64,000 nucleotides of DNA from Cyanophora paradoxa CCMP329 (GCA_004431415.1 QPMI01000174.1:62001-126000), one strand, 5' to 3'; numbered from the stretch's first letter, positions 50,591-63,489 are shown. Translations and numbers: made by a program. Notes: a model not told the origin generated them from the sequence alone.

Positions 50591-53500
50591 ATGGCCCCTC
50601 CGCGCCGGGGCGCAGTGTCGGCGGCTGATGCCGCCCCTGTAACTAGTGACCCCGGCGCTGACGTAAACGCAGCCGCGCCCCCGCCCGTAGACACAGCTGC
50701 CGCACCTCCACCCAACCTGATAACGTTTGGCACGCTCTTCCCGCCCGCGCACTTTGCCGAGGGGAGCCCGCTCATAGGCCCGGCGCCCGCCCTCTCCCGT
50801 CACAAACCTGAAGGCGCCCTCCGCGTGATGACTCTTAACACAAGGGGCACGTCGGCGGGCCGGCTGCAGCAGGCGGAGGACTTTGCGCAGAAATGGGCCT
50901 TGGATTTGATGGCCCTGCAGGAACTTTCGGTCTCGAACGCCGAGATGCAGGCGGCCCTCTTCACCCCGGCCGCCGCCCCCGGCGAGGCCCCGCTCAGCTC
51001 GATCACGCGCGGGAGGCTGATCCACTCGATTAAGAAATCGAAAACCAAAGGGAACGGGACTGCTCTCTGGGTCGCCGAGCCGTGGGCGCGCCACATCGCG
51101 CGGCACTACCGCTGCCCGGGCAGACTCGCCGGGTGTGAAATCCGCCTCAAGGCGAACCGCCAGCTGTTCGTCGCGAGCGTCTACATGCCTCCCACCGAGA
51201 GTAAACCTGAGCACATCGCGGATCAAAAGGCGCTGATGGAGTGCCTCGAGCGCATCAACGCGGACTTTCGCTCTCGCGCGAAAGCTCACCTGATTCTCCT
51301 GGGTGACTGGAACTCTGTTGCGATCCCGGCCATCTCCCGCATTCGTCAAGGCAGCTTCGTCCAGTCCCAGATACCGGAACGCGCGTGGTGGGGGACGCTG
51401 CGAGGCACTTGGGGACTGTTGGATGCGGCAGAAGAGAAAAGAAAAGGAGCGGAGGTCACCTTTATTGCCCGCCACGGCCCGCCAGCGGAGACATCGGGGG
51501 CCCCGCCAGTGGACGACGACGAAAACGGGACTCGGCGGCCGAGGCGCCGGAACTCGTGCTGGACGACCGCCTGCTGGATCCTGCGCCCGACGACGTTATC
51601 ATCTCGGCGGGGCGCATCGATGCGGTGCTTCACTCGGCGAGCCTGAAAAAGGCGCTGCGATCGGTACATGCACTGCCCCGAGCCGTGGCCATGCCGCACC
51701 CCTCCGATCACCTTCCCGTCATGGCCGACTATGACCTGAAAACGGCGGGGCTCAGCCAGCCAGCCAAGGACGAGGCGCGCCCGGCGAAGCCCCCGCCCCT
51801 CTTCGCGCTGCACCTCATAGACAAAGAAAAGCTCCCGGCGTTCCGAAAGGCGGTGGAGGAGCGCTTGAAAGGACTGGAGACAGAACTGGACAAGGCCCTG
51901 AACGGCGTCGGCGGCGGCACCGACGAGGAGCGGCGGGAGCGAATCGGTACCCTCTACCGGCGGGCCACCGAGGACGTGCTGGCGCTAGCTAAAGAACACA
52001 AGTGCCTGAAAGCGCGCGGCTCCCGCCCCGCGAACCGGCGGCCGGTCGCATGGCAGCTGGTGATGGACAGGAAGGTCGGTCGCCTACTCGCTGGATGGGC
52101 TGCAGAATCCGCTGGAGGCTTACCATCATCCCGATTGATCACCCGGATCGAGAAACTTGAGGGCCTCGTCAAAAGCCTCGTCCCGGGACCCGAACCCATG
52201 CCGCGCCGCCCCGTCCGTGACCCGGACGACGCAGCGCCCTTCCCGGCCCGCTACGGGTCGTGGCGACTCTACTTCAAGCTCCTGAACAACTGGCGGAACC
52301 GCGTTCGCAGACGCCACCAGAAAGAGACGAGCGCAGAACGTAACCGGCAGATCCAGGAGTTCGTCACGGCGCGCCAGGCACGCTTTGCGGACCCGCGCCA
52401 GCTGCGCAGCTATCTAAACTCTGTACTTGAACGCTCGCGCGGGGAGCCGATCATGCACGTCACGCGACTAGCGCGCGACGGAAACTTTTACGAAATTTAC
52501 ACGTCTCCCGATGAGGTCAAAGCCGTCATGGCCGAGCACTGGAAGCAATGGTGTGCCAAACGCAACCCCCAGCTTGGCGGCACAGTCGACCTGGTGCCCG
52601 ACTCCGCGCTAGACTACCTGCCCCCCGACTTCTGGCGTGCAGCCTACCGGCCCCTGGTTCTGCAAGCTGGTGCAGCAGATGCATTCGCCGGGACAATGAT
52701 CGAGCCTACGTACGAGGAGCTAGGGGCGTACGTGCGCTCGCTGACAGACGGGGCGGGCGGGCCCTCGAACTGTACAAACGCAATCTTGAAGACGCTCTGG
52801 AACCCGGAGCTGCCCGACGCGATGGATCCGGAGGCGTACCCACCCCGCGGGCGCCGGCTCCTGATGGCGATCGTCTGCGAGGTGCTCCGCCTCCGCGACC
52901 TGCCCAGCGAGATGTGTGAGAGCAACATCTTCGGGATCCCGAAGAAGGGGGTCTGGGACGGGGACATCGAAGGCAATCTCCGCCCCATCACGCTCCAAGA
53001 GGTCGGCCTGAAGCTAGCAACGGGCCTGCTCACGAAGCGACTAGCGGATGCTATAGAGAAGCACGGGGTGCTGAAGGGGGTGAACTACGGCTTCAGGAAA
53101 GCCAAGTCAACGGACGACGCCTTGCACCTCACGGTGGCCATCCTAGAGGACGCTAAAGAGCACCAAAAGCCCATCTATATCTTGCTCCAGGACATCCGGC
53201 GGGCGTACGACTCAGTGTCGTGGGTCAGCATGGAGCTCTCCCTCCGCCGGATCGGGGCCCCGGAGGGGTACATTGACCTGCATCGCAATATCTTTGAGCG
53301 CCGGCGCGCGCGCGCGATCACGGGGCACGGACTCTCTGACGCCTTCGAGCTTGAATGCGGCCTTCCGCAGGGCGGCATCGAGTCACCGCTCCACTGGCTC
53401 ATCTTCTACGATGCCCTCCTCTGCGCTCAGCAAGAGTTGGACAGAATCGACTGCGATCAAGGCGGGGAGGGGGTCGCGTACGTTCTGGGCGATGCGGTCG

Positions 53501-56500
53501 CGGACGCCGGGCAGCCCCGCGCGCGCGTCACGGGGTGCGCGTACGCGGACGACACCCAGTGGTGGAGCGGCACAGCGGCCGGGATTCAGAGACTGGCCGA
53601 CGTGGCCTCCGAGTTCTTCCGCATGCACGACATTACGGTCAACGCTTCGAAAACCGAGTTCACGTACAACAACGTCTCACCCGAGCCAAAAGCTCCACTG
53701 CTGGGCCATCCGCGCGTGCCGGTCGGCAAGAAGCTGGCGCCGGGCGCGCACTTTAAGCTGCTCGGCGTCTACTTGACCGCGAACCTGTCGTGGACCGAGC
53801 AAATCAGACAGATGGAAGCGCAAGCCCGCGAGACCGTTGCGGTCATTGCACGCAAGCAACTGACCGCGCAAGAGGCCTGCTACATCGTCGAGGCCGTCGT
53901 GCAGGCCCGGATCGCGTACGGGCTCAAGGTGGTGCCGATGTCGGAAGCCCAGTGCGACCGTCTGGACGCCATCTGGCTGCGAGTAGTTAAGCACCACGGT
54001 GGACTAGCGGCGTCGACATCGAACTATGCGCTCTGGAGCCACGGCACGTATCGCCTCCCGCGCACGGCGCACCTGATGGCCAAGAACCAGATCACGGATC
54101 TGCTCGCGCGGCTCTGCGGCGAGCCTGACGATCTGCTCTCCCAGGTGATGGCCCACCGCGTTCGCGCCCTCCAGCGAAAACTAGGCGTGCCGTTGCTGCC
54201 GACAGAGTTCCTGAACGCGCGCGTCACGCCCCAACTCGCGAAGGCCAACACGATCGCCGCTGTGATGCCGCTGCTACAGCGCCGTCAGTACAGGATCCAA
54301 TCGAACCACGCACGCTACGTGAGCGCCCCGTACCCCCCTGGGAGTGGGGTACACTGGCCGAAGCCGGCAGAGCTCATGCGCGAGTACGTTTTGGCGACTC
54401 ATATCCCCAAAGATATCTTCAACGACGCCGCTCCTGCCCTCTATGCTGCCGGCATGTACTGGATGTCCTCTGTCACAGCACGCGACGGCGAGCGCCTCTG
54501 CACCTGGCGGGACCTGCACCTCCGCGCCCCCCGCGACACACTGCCTTGGGCCGCCCCCCCCTGGTGGAAACCCCTGGCCCAGGCCCTGACGCTAGACTCC
54601 ATCGGCAAGGGCGCCCTGCGGTACCCGATGCGGCAGCCCCCCGGCACCCCCCCCTCGGCCATGGCGCAGCTGCCAGGCGGAGCTAAGAAATACATTCACC
54701 GCCCGGACGACTTCATCTGCTACTTCGACCTAGCGACCATTCACGATGCCACGATACCGCCCCACGTAGGACGCCTCCGTACGGCGGAGTCCGAGCCGGG
54801 CCGCCTCGTTGCGACGGAATGCCGGCTCGAACACTGGATCCCTGTCCCGGAAGAAGCGGACCCGGTCGCCGACGGCGCCTACTGCCGCTGCGATGGGCAC
54901 TGTCAGCACGAAATCCGGGAGCCGCCCCTTGCGCAGCGCCGCTACAATATCATACCCGGGGAGGGCCGACGGCACTGGCACGACGATCACACCTGCCCGC
55001 GGGCCGCCGGCGCGGCCTGCCGCGCGACGAGCACCTGCGACGATGCAGGGGAGCACGGCACTTCTATCGGGGCTGGGTCGAACACGCCGCCGCGCTGGGA
55101 ACCGTACCTGGCTCCATGTCAACCGCTGCGCTCAGCAACGTGCCCGTGGACGAATGCGAGGGCCAGGTCGCTACCCGTTCAGGTCGCGCCAGCCGCAAGG
55201 TCCTGCGCCAAGGCTTACTCGAATACTTTCACCCCGGGCGAACCGCGGCAGAGGCGATGGACGCGCACCGGTGGCGGATGCTGCTGCAAGCCAGGCAGGA
55301 AGGGGACGAGCGCGTTCAATGGCACCTCCTCTCACCCGAGGATGCCGCCCGCCTCGCCGAGCTGGAAGCGGACCCGCCGGATCCGTTGCACCTGCCGCAA
55401 GACGAGGCGGCCCCGATTACCGATAGGCAGGCACGGAAATACTACTGCGCACTGAGGGACGAGGACTCCTGGGCGACCTTTCTGCAGGCATGGGATGGGC
55501 TGGAGGGGGACCTCCGCCGCGAGCTGTGGGCAGCTGAAGCCGCCTCCGACGGGACCTACGAGGCGGCCGCGCCAGCCCAAGCCTGGACGGACGGGAGCCT
55601 GCTGGACGGTCAGACGAGCCTAGCGCGCGGGGCCTATGCGGTCCACTGGCCCGCGCGTCACCTACGCACGGGCGCGAACCTCCACCCGCCGGAAGTCTTT
55701 CCCAGCTTTCGCGCCCGCCTGAGTGGGACGCAGGAGATCAACAAAGCGGAATTACAGGCAGTGCTTATGGCGGACATGCTATCCCCGTTCGGAGCCGTCG
55801 TCCACATCGACAACCAGAACGCGATCCGCTGGTGTAAGGAATTCGTTCTCGACGCTGCCCAGCGTAGCTCGCGGGAGTACACCCGGCACGTCTGCTCTGC
55901 CGAACTGTATGCGTGGCGTAAGCTCAGGACCCAACTAGATATGCGGGGGCGGCCGCTCACGCTGGTGAAAGTGAAGGCGCACGCGCAAGGCGAAGCGCGC
56001 GACCTGCACAATGACGTTGCCGACGCTCTTGCGAATCGCACAGCCGACGAACAACTCCCTGCAGAGAGTCTTCACGAGCCCGTTTTCCTGCCACCGGAGT
56101 TCAGCATGCCAGCCGTCCTCACAGTCGGTAACGGGGACGGCACCGTGCGACGGGTGGAAGGCGACCCGAAGGAACACATGGACACCTTACATGAGCATCA
56201 CACACACTTCGCTTGGGCTCAACAACCACTGGCTGGTGCGTTTCTACGCCGCGGAGACGCCGGGGCAGACATCGGCGGGCTGTACGCGGAGACAGCCGTA
56301 GGACCCCGGTTCCGCGGCGCGAGCGGAGCTCGCAACGCGCTTTTCAAGTTCAGGACCCAATTGATCTGCAGCTCGCTTCCAGCGAACGAAGTCCGGGTAC
56401 GGGATAGGCCTGACCTCTACGCAGCCTATAACCCGGGCGGCCGCTGCGCGGCCTGCGCCACGAGGACACCGAGTACCCGGCGAGACCGTGCAAGCCCAGC

Positions 56501-57260
56501 TGAAGCGAACGAGCAGCCAGTGCAGGCCGGCCCCAGCAGACGGCGCGAGGTACCGATAGCTCTCACGGCGGGCCCGGCGGAGACATTCACACACGTCTTC
56601 CTCTGCCCGGGGCCCCATGCAGTGGCGCACCGCGCGGAGACCGCCCGTGAACTGAATCGCTTCCTGCGGCGCGCCCACCGCGAGACTCACGGACCCCAAC
56701 TCAAGAACATTGATCCCACGATAGCGCTCACCTCCGGCCTTGTGCCCACCTATCTGCGCGTAGCCGACGATGACGCCGAAGCGCGCAGCTCCGACGACCG
56801 CCCAACCACGTACTCGCGGCTCTGGGTCCTCCAAGGTGTTGCCCCGCAGTCGCTCGAGCGGGACTTGATCCGCGCCCTCGACCTCGACCCGCACCGCGCG
56901 CCCCGCACGGCCAAGCGCGTACGCCAGATGCTGATCGAACGCGCGCGTCGGCTCTGGGCCAGCCGGTGCGAGATCAACGCAGCATGGGAACGAGACTGTC
57001 GCATCTCTCAAACCTCTAAGCGTCGCCCGCGCCCGCCCCGCACAGGAGCTAGAGCTAAAGAACGCGCCCGCGGACCCCGGGTCCCGATAGAGCTCTGTCC
57101 TGCCTGCGACGGGCCCATACACCTTCATAACGACCTTCGCGCAGCTCAGAACGCGGACTGCCCGCCGGAATACCGAGGATGGAAGGCAGCGCTTCAAGCC
57201 CAAGAGCTCTACGACAGCACCAAGGTCCGCCCCTGGAGCCTGCCCCCCCCGGACGATTAA
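50591..57260 (+). CDS. Retrotransposon polyprotein: APE endonuclease, reverse transcriptase, RNase H, Cys/His knuckle (frameshifts near 51540 and 55000)
   Basis: TLNTRG, LQE, GDWN, RID, SDH; RPITL, QDIRRAYDSV, PQG, YADD, LGV; TDGS, AELQA, DNQ, KVKAH, NDVAD; CAAC...ETFTHVFLC. Confidence 0.88.
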
Positions 57261-57272
57261 CCTACCCTCGTA

Positions 57273-57297
57273 GGGGGGGGGGGGGGGGGGGGGGGGG
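57273..57297 (+). repeat. G25 tract at the start of the retrotransposon 3' UTR
   Basis: Read directly from the sequence. Confidence 0.85.
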
Positions 57298-58380
57298 CTA
57301 CAACTGGAGGAGACGTGGAGACACGGAGACTCCACCACTACGCCCACTGACGACCTCACTCTCAACCTATCACCTACGGCCGCCCGCCGGGCCCTCGCGC
57401 CCGCCGCCGACCTGCCGCCGCCTGCGCGACTTGCGCCTCCACACCTCCCTCGCTACCGCCGACACGCTCGCCTCCCGCCGCCACCGCTGCTCTTGCCCCC
57501 TCTGCCCTCTCTCGCCCGTTGCCCCAGTCGCCCTCTCCCACGGCCCCACCTTTCACCCCTTCTGCCCCCGCCGTTCTGCTGATCTCCCGCTACCCCAGGG
57601 AGGGGACGGTGGTGCGGGCTGCCAGGTGGAAGGTCGTCGGTCGGCCGCTGAACCCACCGGCGCCTGCCCCGGCCACGCGCCAGGCCGGGGCGGTCGGACC
57701 GCCGCGGGGGGGGCTCGTCATTGCCCGCGGCGGGGGGGAGGCGGTCGGCAGGCGGCTGGAAGCCCGGCGGAACGCGCCACTGGAACCTCCCTCCTCCCGA
57801 CCGCGGCCGCCCGACCCGGTCCTCCCCCGTCCTTTCCCGCCGCCCAATGCTGCCCCATGCCGTGCCCCCCTCCTCGCCCCCATCCCCCCTTCCCCCGACC
57901 AATCTTTCCCGATGCTCTGAGCCCGGCGGCTCCACCAGGCCTGCTCTCGCACGAGCGAGCCCCCGACCCGACCCGCCGTGCCGACGACACGGCGGGCCGT
58001 ACTCTAGCGTGTACAGAGTGGTTAGATTATAGTGCGCCTTCTCGGAGGCCCTAGCCTACTAGGCATAGAGCTAGCTACAGCTGCAGCTCACTTCGCTGCC
58101 CGCCTCTGATTTCTACTCTCGTCCCCGGGTAGCCACTCCCTCTCCCGCGTAGGATCTTTCCTGTGCTGCAGCTCTACTACTAGGCTAGACTTAGTTCCCG
58201 GGGTAGCGTCTTCAGTTACTTTCATATCCGAGCTCCACCCGGTCCGATGTCCGAAAGGCTTAGTCCCGTAGGCTCATCTCTCGACTTGACACAGATGGAC
58301 ACCTCAGCTATATCCCTAGCCATTTGTCTCGGTGTGTGCGAATTCATTTGCCAAGAGCTTTAATAATAATGAAGATAATT

Positions 58381-59163
58381 TTAAAGTCCTCTCTTATATC
58401 GCATCAACTTATTAGTATGAACAGCGCTTTTAATCTCTTTCGGCGCTTCTTCTTTCTGTGGCGGTTGTAATTCATCTTCTTTCTTTTTGGGCTTCCGATG
58501 AAACCGTGGGAAATCAAAGTCACCGACCAATTCCGCTTTATCAACATAATACCCTACGTTATATTTGAATGATGTGTAAACGATGAATTGGTAAGAATGC
58601 ACGTACTCTTCGAACATCTTATAGAAATCTTCTTTACGGGGAAACGTAGAAAACTCTTCGGCGAACGCTTCTAACTCTTTCTGATTACTTGCACAAACCA
58701 TAATAACGATATCACTATTACAGCGAATCACACTTGCAACCTTGCGGAGTTTTTGCGAAATTGTAATGACGGAACACGAAATATGACGGGACCTCGTGTA
58801 CAGCATACCACATATTTTATCACGTGTTAAGTCTAATTGGTCGTTTTCTATCATATCCTCTAAAATCACCAGCATATGGTTTAGTTTCTCTCCTCTTTCC
58901 CTCTTCTCTTCACGATCTTTAATAACCTTTTGTATGTATTGTGGATCCCAGGCACCCAATTGAACAGTAGCCGCTTTATCCCAGTAATGCGTGAAACTTG
59001 TAGCGGAGATAATAAGCGTTGTATCAATCTTTTTTGCATCATGAAGCTGTTTCATATAATATTTTACCGCCTCAGTTTTCCCGCACGCCGACTTCCCAAG
59101 TATCAATAATCGGAACGGTGGCTCAATCATTTCAGCAGCGTTAAACTCTTCTAATTCCACCAT
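58381..59163 (-). CDS. A32-like packaging ATPase (B)
   Basis: GKSACGKT, LVILED, SRHISCSVITISQ. Confidence 0.88.
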   Translation of the reverse strand: MVELEEFNAAEMIEPPFRLLILGKSACGKTEAVKYYMKQLHDAKKIDTTLIISATSFTHYWDKAATVQLGAWDPQYIQKVIKDREEKRERGEKLNHMLVILEDMIENDQLDLTRDKICGMLYTRSRHISCSVITISQKLRKVASVIRCNSDIVIMVCASNQKELEAFAEEFSTFPRKEDFYKMFEEYVHSYQFIVYTSFKYNVGYYVDKAELVGDFDFPRFHRKPKKKEDELQPPQKEEAPKEIKSAVHTNKLMRYKRGL

Positions 59164-59223
59164 GGTGTTGTAGATCTTCTTAATAAAGATAGATAAAAAT
59201 AACGAATTCTTACTAATAATGGT

Positions 59224-60624
59224 TTACATATTAATTCTACGGATTCCATCGCGGTCACAAATTATGAAACTATGCATCAGAGCGCGAACGTTAACAGTAA
59301 TTGTGCGATCGGCAGGGAGATACAGAGTTAGGAACGATGACGACGAGTTCGTAAGGTCAACATATCCACTCTGTGCGATATTGCGAATCGCCTTCTCACC
59401 GTCAGCGCAGAAAGGCAGCCCTGTAAGAACGTAACGGTTTGCTTCTTTGTCCATGTTCGAGCATTTGAAAGCATCAGCGATGAGTTCCGCACCTTTGAGA
59501 AGTGGGATTGGCTCCGTCGAATATAGACGCTGTCCGTTGATCTCACAAGTCATCGTGATATCCTTCTCATTCGCAAGCGTTTTAAGGACGCTGTGAGAAC
59601 CGTTAGAAGAATCGATACCCGCATCATCACGGACAGAGACAAGAAGAGCATAAACCAGACCGGAGATTTGGCTAAGGTTAATTCGGTTGGGTTGAGTGTT
59701 ACCTTTCGCAGCGAAACCGGTGACATCGACGAAACCAATGTCGAGTGATGGAATCGCCATACCGGTTGTCTTGACCTTCTCAATAACCGTAGCGAACAGT
59801 TCATCGGAAACATTGATAGCGTGCATGTAAAGGCGAGGAGACTTAATGGAGATGAAATGGGTTTGTGGTGGAACTGTGCCGGCAACTTCGAACCCAGTAA
59901 TAGTACCAGTGGTGATGTTTTGACCAACATTAGCAAGAGTTACACTTACAGCGTTTCCGAGACCGTCATTTACGGTTTGATCCGCAGCAGTCACACCAAC
60001 AACCGGTAGAGAGCGACCACCGTAAGAAGTTTCAAGGTATCCCTTGTTGGCTTCTTTGAACCAAACAGTAACAACCATCTCACCCGAGAGCGCACCAAGT
60101 GGTAGGTAACTGTTTAACCATGGTACCGGGATCTCAACGAAGAAAGCGCCACCTTTACGGTTGGTTCCGTGAGCGGGAATTCCATGGAGCATCCCCATAG
60201 AACGCTTCTTTTTCGCCAGCTGATCTTCTGAATAGTAGACCAGCGGGAAAATCGCCAGGAAATCTGACGGGACGTGGAATGTGTAAGAACCGTATGAGAT
60301 TTCAAGGCGTTGCACAAGCGAACCAACAGGGCGAGTGTAACCGTTTCGCACAAGGTCGGCATCACCGTCAAAAGCGGTTAGTTCGGGAAGATCAAAAGCG
60401 AGTTCGATTTTACCGATGAAATTGTAGCGGGGAAGTTTGAAACTTACGCGCTGTCCTACGTTGTTGTCATAGGTTGTTGATGGACTAACAGTTACGAGAA
60501 CGGGTTTCGTCTTCGCTTCCAGACCGAGCATAAGCGAGTTATCGAGGAAAAACGCCTTTGCCTCTTCGGGCGTGGTTAGCGCCTCTTTGAGGGAAAGACG
60601 TTGAAGAGTTGTGGTGACATCCAT
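59224..60624 (-). CDS. Probable major capsid protein (B)
   Basis: Highly similar to 15178-16548. Confidence 0.72.
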   Translation of the reverse strand: MDVTTTLQRLSLKEALTTPEEAKAFFLDNSLMLGLEAKTKPVLVTVSPSTTYDNNVGQRVSFKLPRYNFIGKIELAFDLPELTAFDGDADLVRNGYTRPVGSLVQRLEISYGSYTFHVPSDFLAIFPLVYYSEDQLAKKKRSMGMLHGIPAHGTNRKGGAFFVEIPVPWLNSYLPLGALSGEMVVTVWFKEANKGYLETSYGGRSLPVVGVTAADQTVNDGLGNAVSVTLANVGQNITTGTITGFEVAGTVPPQTHFISIKSPRLYMHAINVSDELFATVIEKVKTTGMAIPSLDIGFVDVTGFAAKGNTQPNRINLSQISGLVYALLVSVRDDAGIDSSNGSHSVLKTLANEKDITMTCEINGQRLYSTEPIPLLKGAELIADAFKCSNMDKEANRYVLTGLPFCADGEKAIRNIAQSGYVDLTNSSSSFLTLYLPADRTITVNVRALMHSFIICDRDGIRRINM

Positions 60625-60676
60625 GATTTCTCTTTTACAATAGAGAAATATAAAAATTCTGTGAATGATCCTTAAT

Positions 60677-61687
60677 TTACGCGAATCCGGCAATATTTGG
60701 ATAGAAGGGGTGGGTTTCTCTCATTCTCATTTTGAAATATTCATAAACGGGATCACCGGCGGGTTCATCGCCATAGCGGATCTCGAATGTTAGATGCACA
60801 GGTTGCCCTTCGAAATCTATTAATTGATTCTGAACGTTTACAATGTCTACCGACAGTTGTGATAGTGACATTTTATTATTGAAGTATTTATACAGCGGGT
60901 TTGCTTCTGTTGAATTATAAATTATGTGTTCAGCAAAATTTTTATCTTGAACGGACAACTTATGAAAATATCCAGTGAGAAGACCATCGGCGCATTGGAC
61001 GAGGTCACCGAGTTCTTTTACTCTCACAAATATTACATTATCTTTGCACCCTTCAGTTGGGAAAGTTGAAATGATCCCATGTACATTTGCACCAGTAAAT
61101 ACGGGATCTGTTTGAGCATTGTAAATACTCGATTTGATAAATCGATTTCCTCTACGTCCGGCATCGAGACCTAAAACGCGAGCGCGACGGTTACCAGCTT
61201 CGGCACCGGAAACCTTTGGGTCTCTATCTATCACGAATGCAATATAGAATTCATGCGGAGCGTAGAATACAAACCGCTTATTTACAGGGTCCCATTTACA
61301 AATAATTCCGGGATTTGGTACCTGTCTCGTAAAAAGGTAGGTTATCCGATCCGCCAGTTCTTGGTGAGTATTGATGACATTCAAACCAAGACCTACTCCA
61401 GGTCGAATACTTAACCACTCGTCAAACCCAGGAGCGGGTGCCTTTGTAGAATTAACATTTGCGTTTGCTATACTGTAATTGATTGTGAAGGCATCTTCTA
61501 CCGTTGCATCGCCAGCGACCGATTCACCGCTTATGATTGGAATGGAATTATAAAACTCAGCCGAAACGAGGCGAACCGCTCTTACACTCTCAAACGTTTT
61601 TGGGAGATCGGCAATGAATCGCGAAGTTGGAGCGTCAAGGTTATCAACCTGTTTAAAAGATGACACTTCAACATATTCCACGGGCAT
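60677..61687 (-). CDS. Penton-like protein 1 (B)
   Basis: Homologue of 16603-17634. Confidence 0.65.
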   Translation of the reverse strand: MPVEYVEVSSFKQVDNLDAPTSRFIADLPKTFESVRAVRLVSAEFYNSIPIISGESVAGDATVEDAFTINYSIANANVNSTKAPAPGFDEWLSIRPGVGLGLNVINTHQELADRITYLFTRQVPNPGIICKWDPVNKRFVFYAPHEFYIAFVIDRDPKVSGAEAGNRRARVLGLDAGRRGNRFIKSSIYNAQTDPVFTGANVHGIISTFPTEGCKDNVIFVRVKELGDLVQCADGLLTGYFHKLSVQDKNFAEHIIYNSTEANPLYKYFNNKMSLSQLSVDIVNVQNQLIDFEGQPVHLTFEIRYGDEPAGDPVYEYFKMRMRETHPFYPNIAGFA

Positions 61688-61715
61688 TTTCTTTAATCTA
61701 TATTCATATAATAAA

Positions 61716-62627
61716 ATGATTCGGCTTGTCAATGTCGATAGTAGAGATCGACAGTTTGGACAAAAAGAAAACTCTTACAAGGTTGCACTTACCACACCAA
61801 TAACAAGACCGCGAGAATGTCGCGTTATATATGCAGAGATTCCCAACAGCATTTATAATTCGATTGGAACCGATTATATTGTCATAAGTTATAATGTCAA
61901 TGGCGTTTATTTAAATCAGCAACTTTTCCCATTACCGAGTGGTTATATCAATCAAGGGCATTTCGGAGTAACTCAACCATACAATTACGGTTTGAGTTTT
62001 GCCGTTACTGATGGTGTAATGTTTAAGATATATTACAACCCTACAACATACAAATTGGAATTTTATTGTAATTACTCTTTTGAACTCATCGCAGCAAACA
62101 ATAGAATCGCAAAATTACTTGGTCTAAGTACGACCCAACTATTAGTTAGCGGGCAACAAATATTGGAAGGTAACAGGTCTTTATATGCTCCGGAAAACAT
62201 CTTATTTTATGCAGGAACGCCAATAACACCCGATCATCCACAATGGGGAATTACATTTGAAGGAGCAGAATTAGTAGCAGCACCGATGGCGTTTAAAGCG
62301 GTTAGTCCAAAGATGGCGGATATGAACGCTGAACAGTATTTATACATGCATATCAAAGAACTCGCACCATTTGCTTCCAATCATAATATTGTCCCACAAT
62401 CACAACCGCAGAATCAAGGCGCGATTTTGCGATTACAATTAAGTCAGGATATCGGGAAATACATCTATCACACAGGAGAAGTGAGCGAGTATGTAAAAAT
62501 AAACGATCATAATTTAGTGCTTAAAGAGTTAACGGTTGAGTTTCGTGATTATTACGGTGATCTTGTTGATATGAATGGTATAGATAATTCGTTTCAGTTG
62601 GAGATTGTCGCTATTGGAAACGATTAG
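61716..62627 (+). CDS. Penton-like protein 2 (B)
   Basis: Homologue of 21428-22363. Confidence 0.65.
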   Translation: MIRLVNVDSRDRQFGQKENSYKVALTTPITRPRECRVIYAEIPNSIYNSIGTDYIVISYNVNGVYLNQQLFPLPSGYINQGHFGVTQPYNYGLSFAVTDGVMFKIYYNPTTYKLEFYCNYSFELIAANNRIAKLLGLSTTQLLVSGQQILEGNRSLYAPENILFYAGTPITPDHPQWGITFEGAELVAAPMAFKAVSPKMADMNAEQYLYMHIKELAPFASNHNIVPQSQPQNQGAILRLQLSQDIGKYIYHTGEVSEYVKINDHNLVLKELTVEFRDYYGDLVDMNGIDNSFQLEIVAIGND

Positions 62628-63259
62628 AAGCATTCAGGACAGAAGATAAGAGCTACTGGATTTTGATTATTAAAGTTCTTATCAGTGAGATACCAACGGC
62701 GTCCTTTATACCATTCAGCGCCGTTTGCTTTCAAGAATTTCCGGAGAGTTGCACGCGTGGTTATCTTCAATCCATGCTCTTCAAACTTCGGGTAGTATTG
62801 CGAGAGGTCTTTTTCGACAGAAAAGAAGTATTGTCTCTCAGGAACACCATAGATATCATATTCTGTTTGCACAGCGTAAATGACATTATTAATGGTTAAG
62901 TTAGAGAAAAGAACAAGAGATCTAAAATCAATAACTTTGATAAACTTAATATCTTGTTCATAGACTTCACGTTCGACAACAACATAACCATAATATGGGT
63001 CGTATTCTTCTGAAATATGATAGAAATGGTCATATTTGCATCGAACCACCATTACTTCTGGTTTATCCTCAAAGTAGCCAACTGCTTTGAATTTGAGTCG
63101 ATCGTAATTGTAATCGTATTCTGTATTCATTCTGCTAAGGACACGATCATAGTAACGTCCGATCTCATTGAAATTATCGTGGATCTTTCCAATATCGAAC
63201 TTAATGGAATGAATAGGAACACAGAAGATCTGCTTGCCGTTGATCGTGAAATCACCCAT
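62624..63259 (-). CDS. Hypothetical 211-aa protein, B-specific; C-terminal KANGAEW...WY weakly DUF5710-like
   Basis: Long ORF preceded by the typical upstream motif. Confidence 0.6.
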   Translation of the reverse strand: MGDFTINGKQIFCVPIHSIKFDIGKIHDNFNEIGRYYDRVLSRMNTEYDYNYDRLKFKAVGYFEDKPEVMVVRCKYDHFYHISEEYDPYYGYVVVEREVYEQDIKFIKVIDFRSLVLFSNLTINNVIYAVQTEYDIYGVPERQYFFSVEKDLSQYYPKFEEHGLKITTRATLRKFLKANGAEWYKGRRWYLTDKNFNNQNPVALIFCPECF

Positions 63260-63489
63260 GTTACTTAATAACGTCTGAGAAAATATTTTCCTTGTTACCC
63301 ATACCTATCGCGTTCTCCTTAAATCATTTTCGGTTGCTCACGGGGCTTTTTTGAATTTCGCACGATTAACGGTAAGACAACGGAAGCGGAGCGTAAGACA
63401 TCAGTAATAAAGGAGATGATAGAAGAGAGGGTAACGTGTATGTTTAGCGGTTTGGAGAGAGCGGAGAGGCATAGAGTAGCGCGATTTCC

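Larger units (their letters stand above)
49969..58357 (+). mobile_element. GC-rich non-LTR retrotransposon (APE-RT-RNase H), TSD CTTTAATAATAATGAAG at 49952-49968 and 58358-58374
   Basis: 17-bp direct repeat at both composition boundaries; domain motifs present. Confidence 0.92.

Noticed and set aside
50163-58054. Numerous overlapping and antisense ORFs in the retrotransposon
   Set aside because: Expected from stop-codon scarcity in GC-rich DNA; no motifs recognised.
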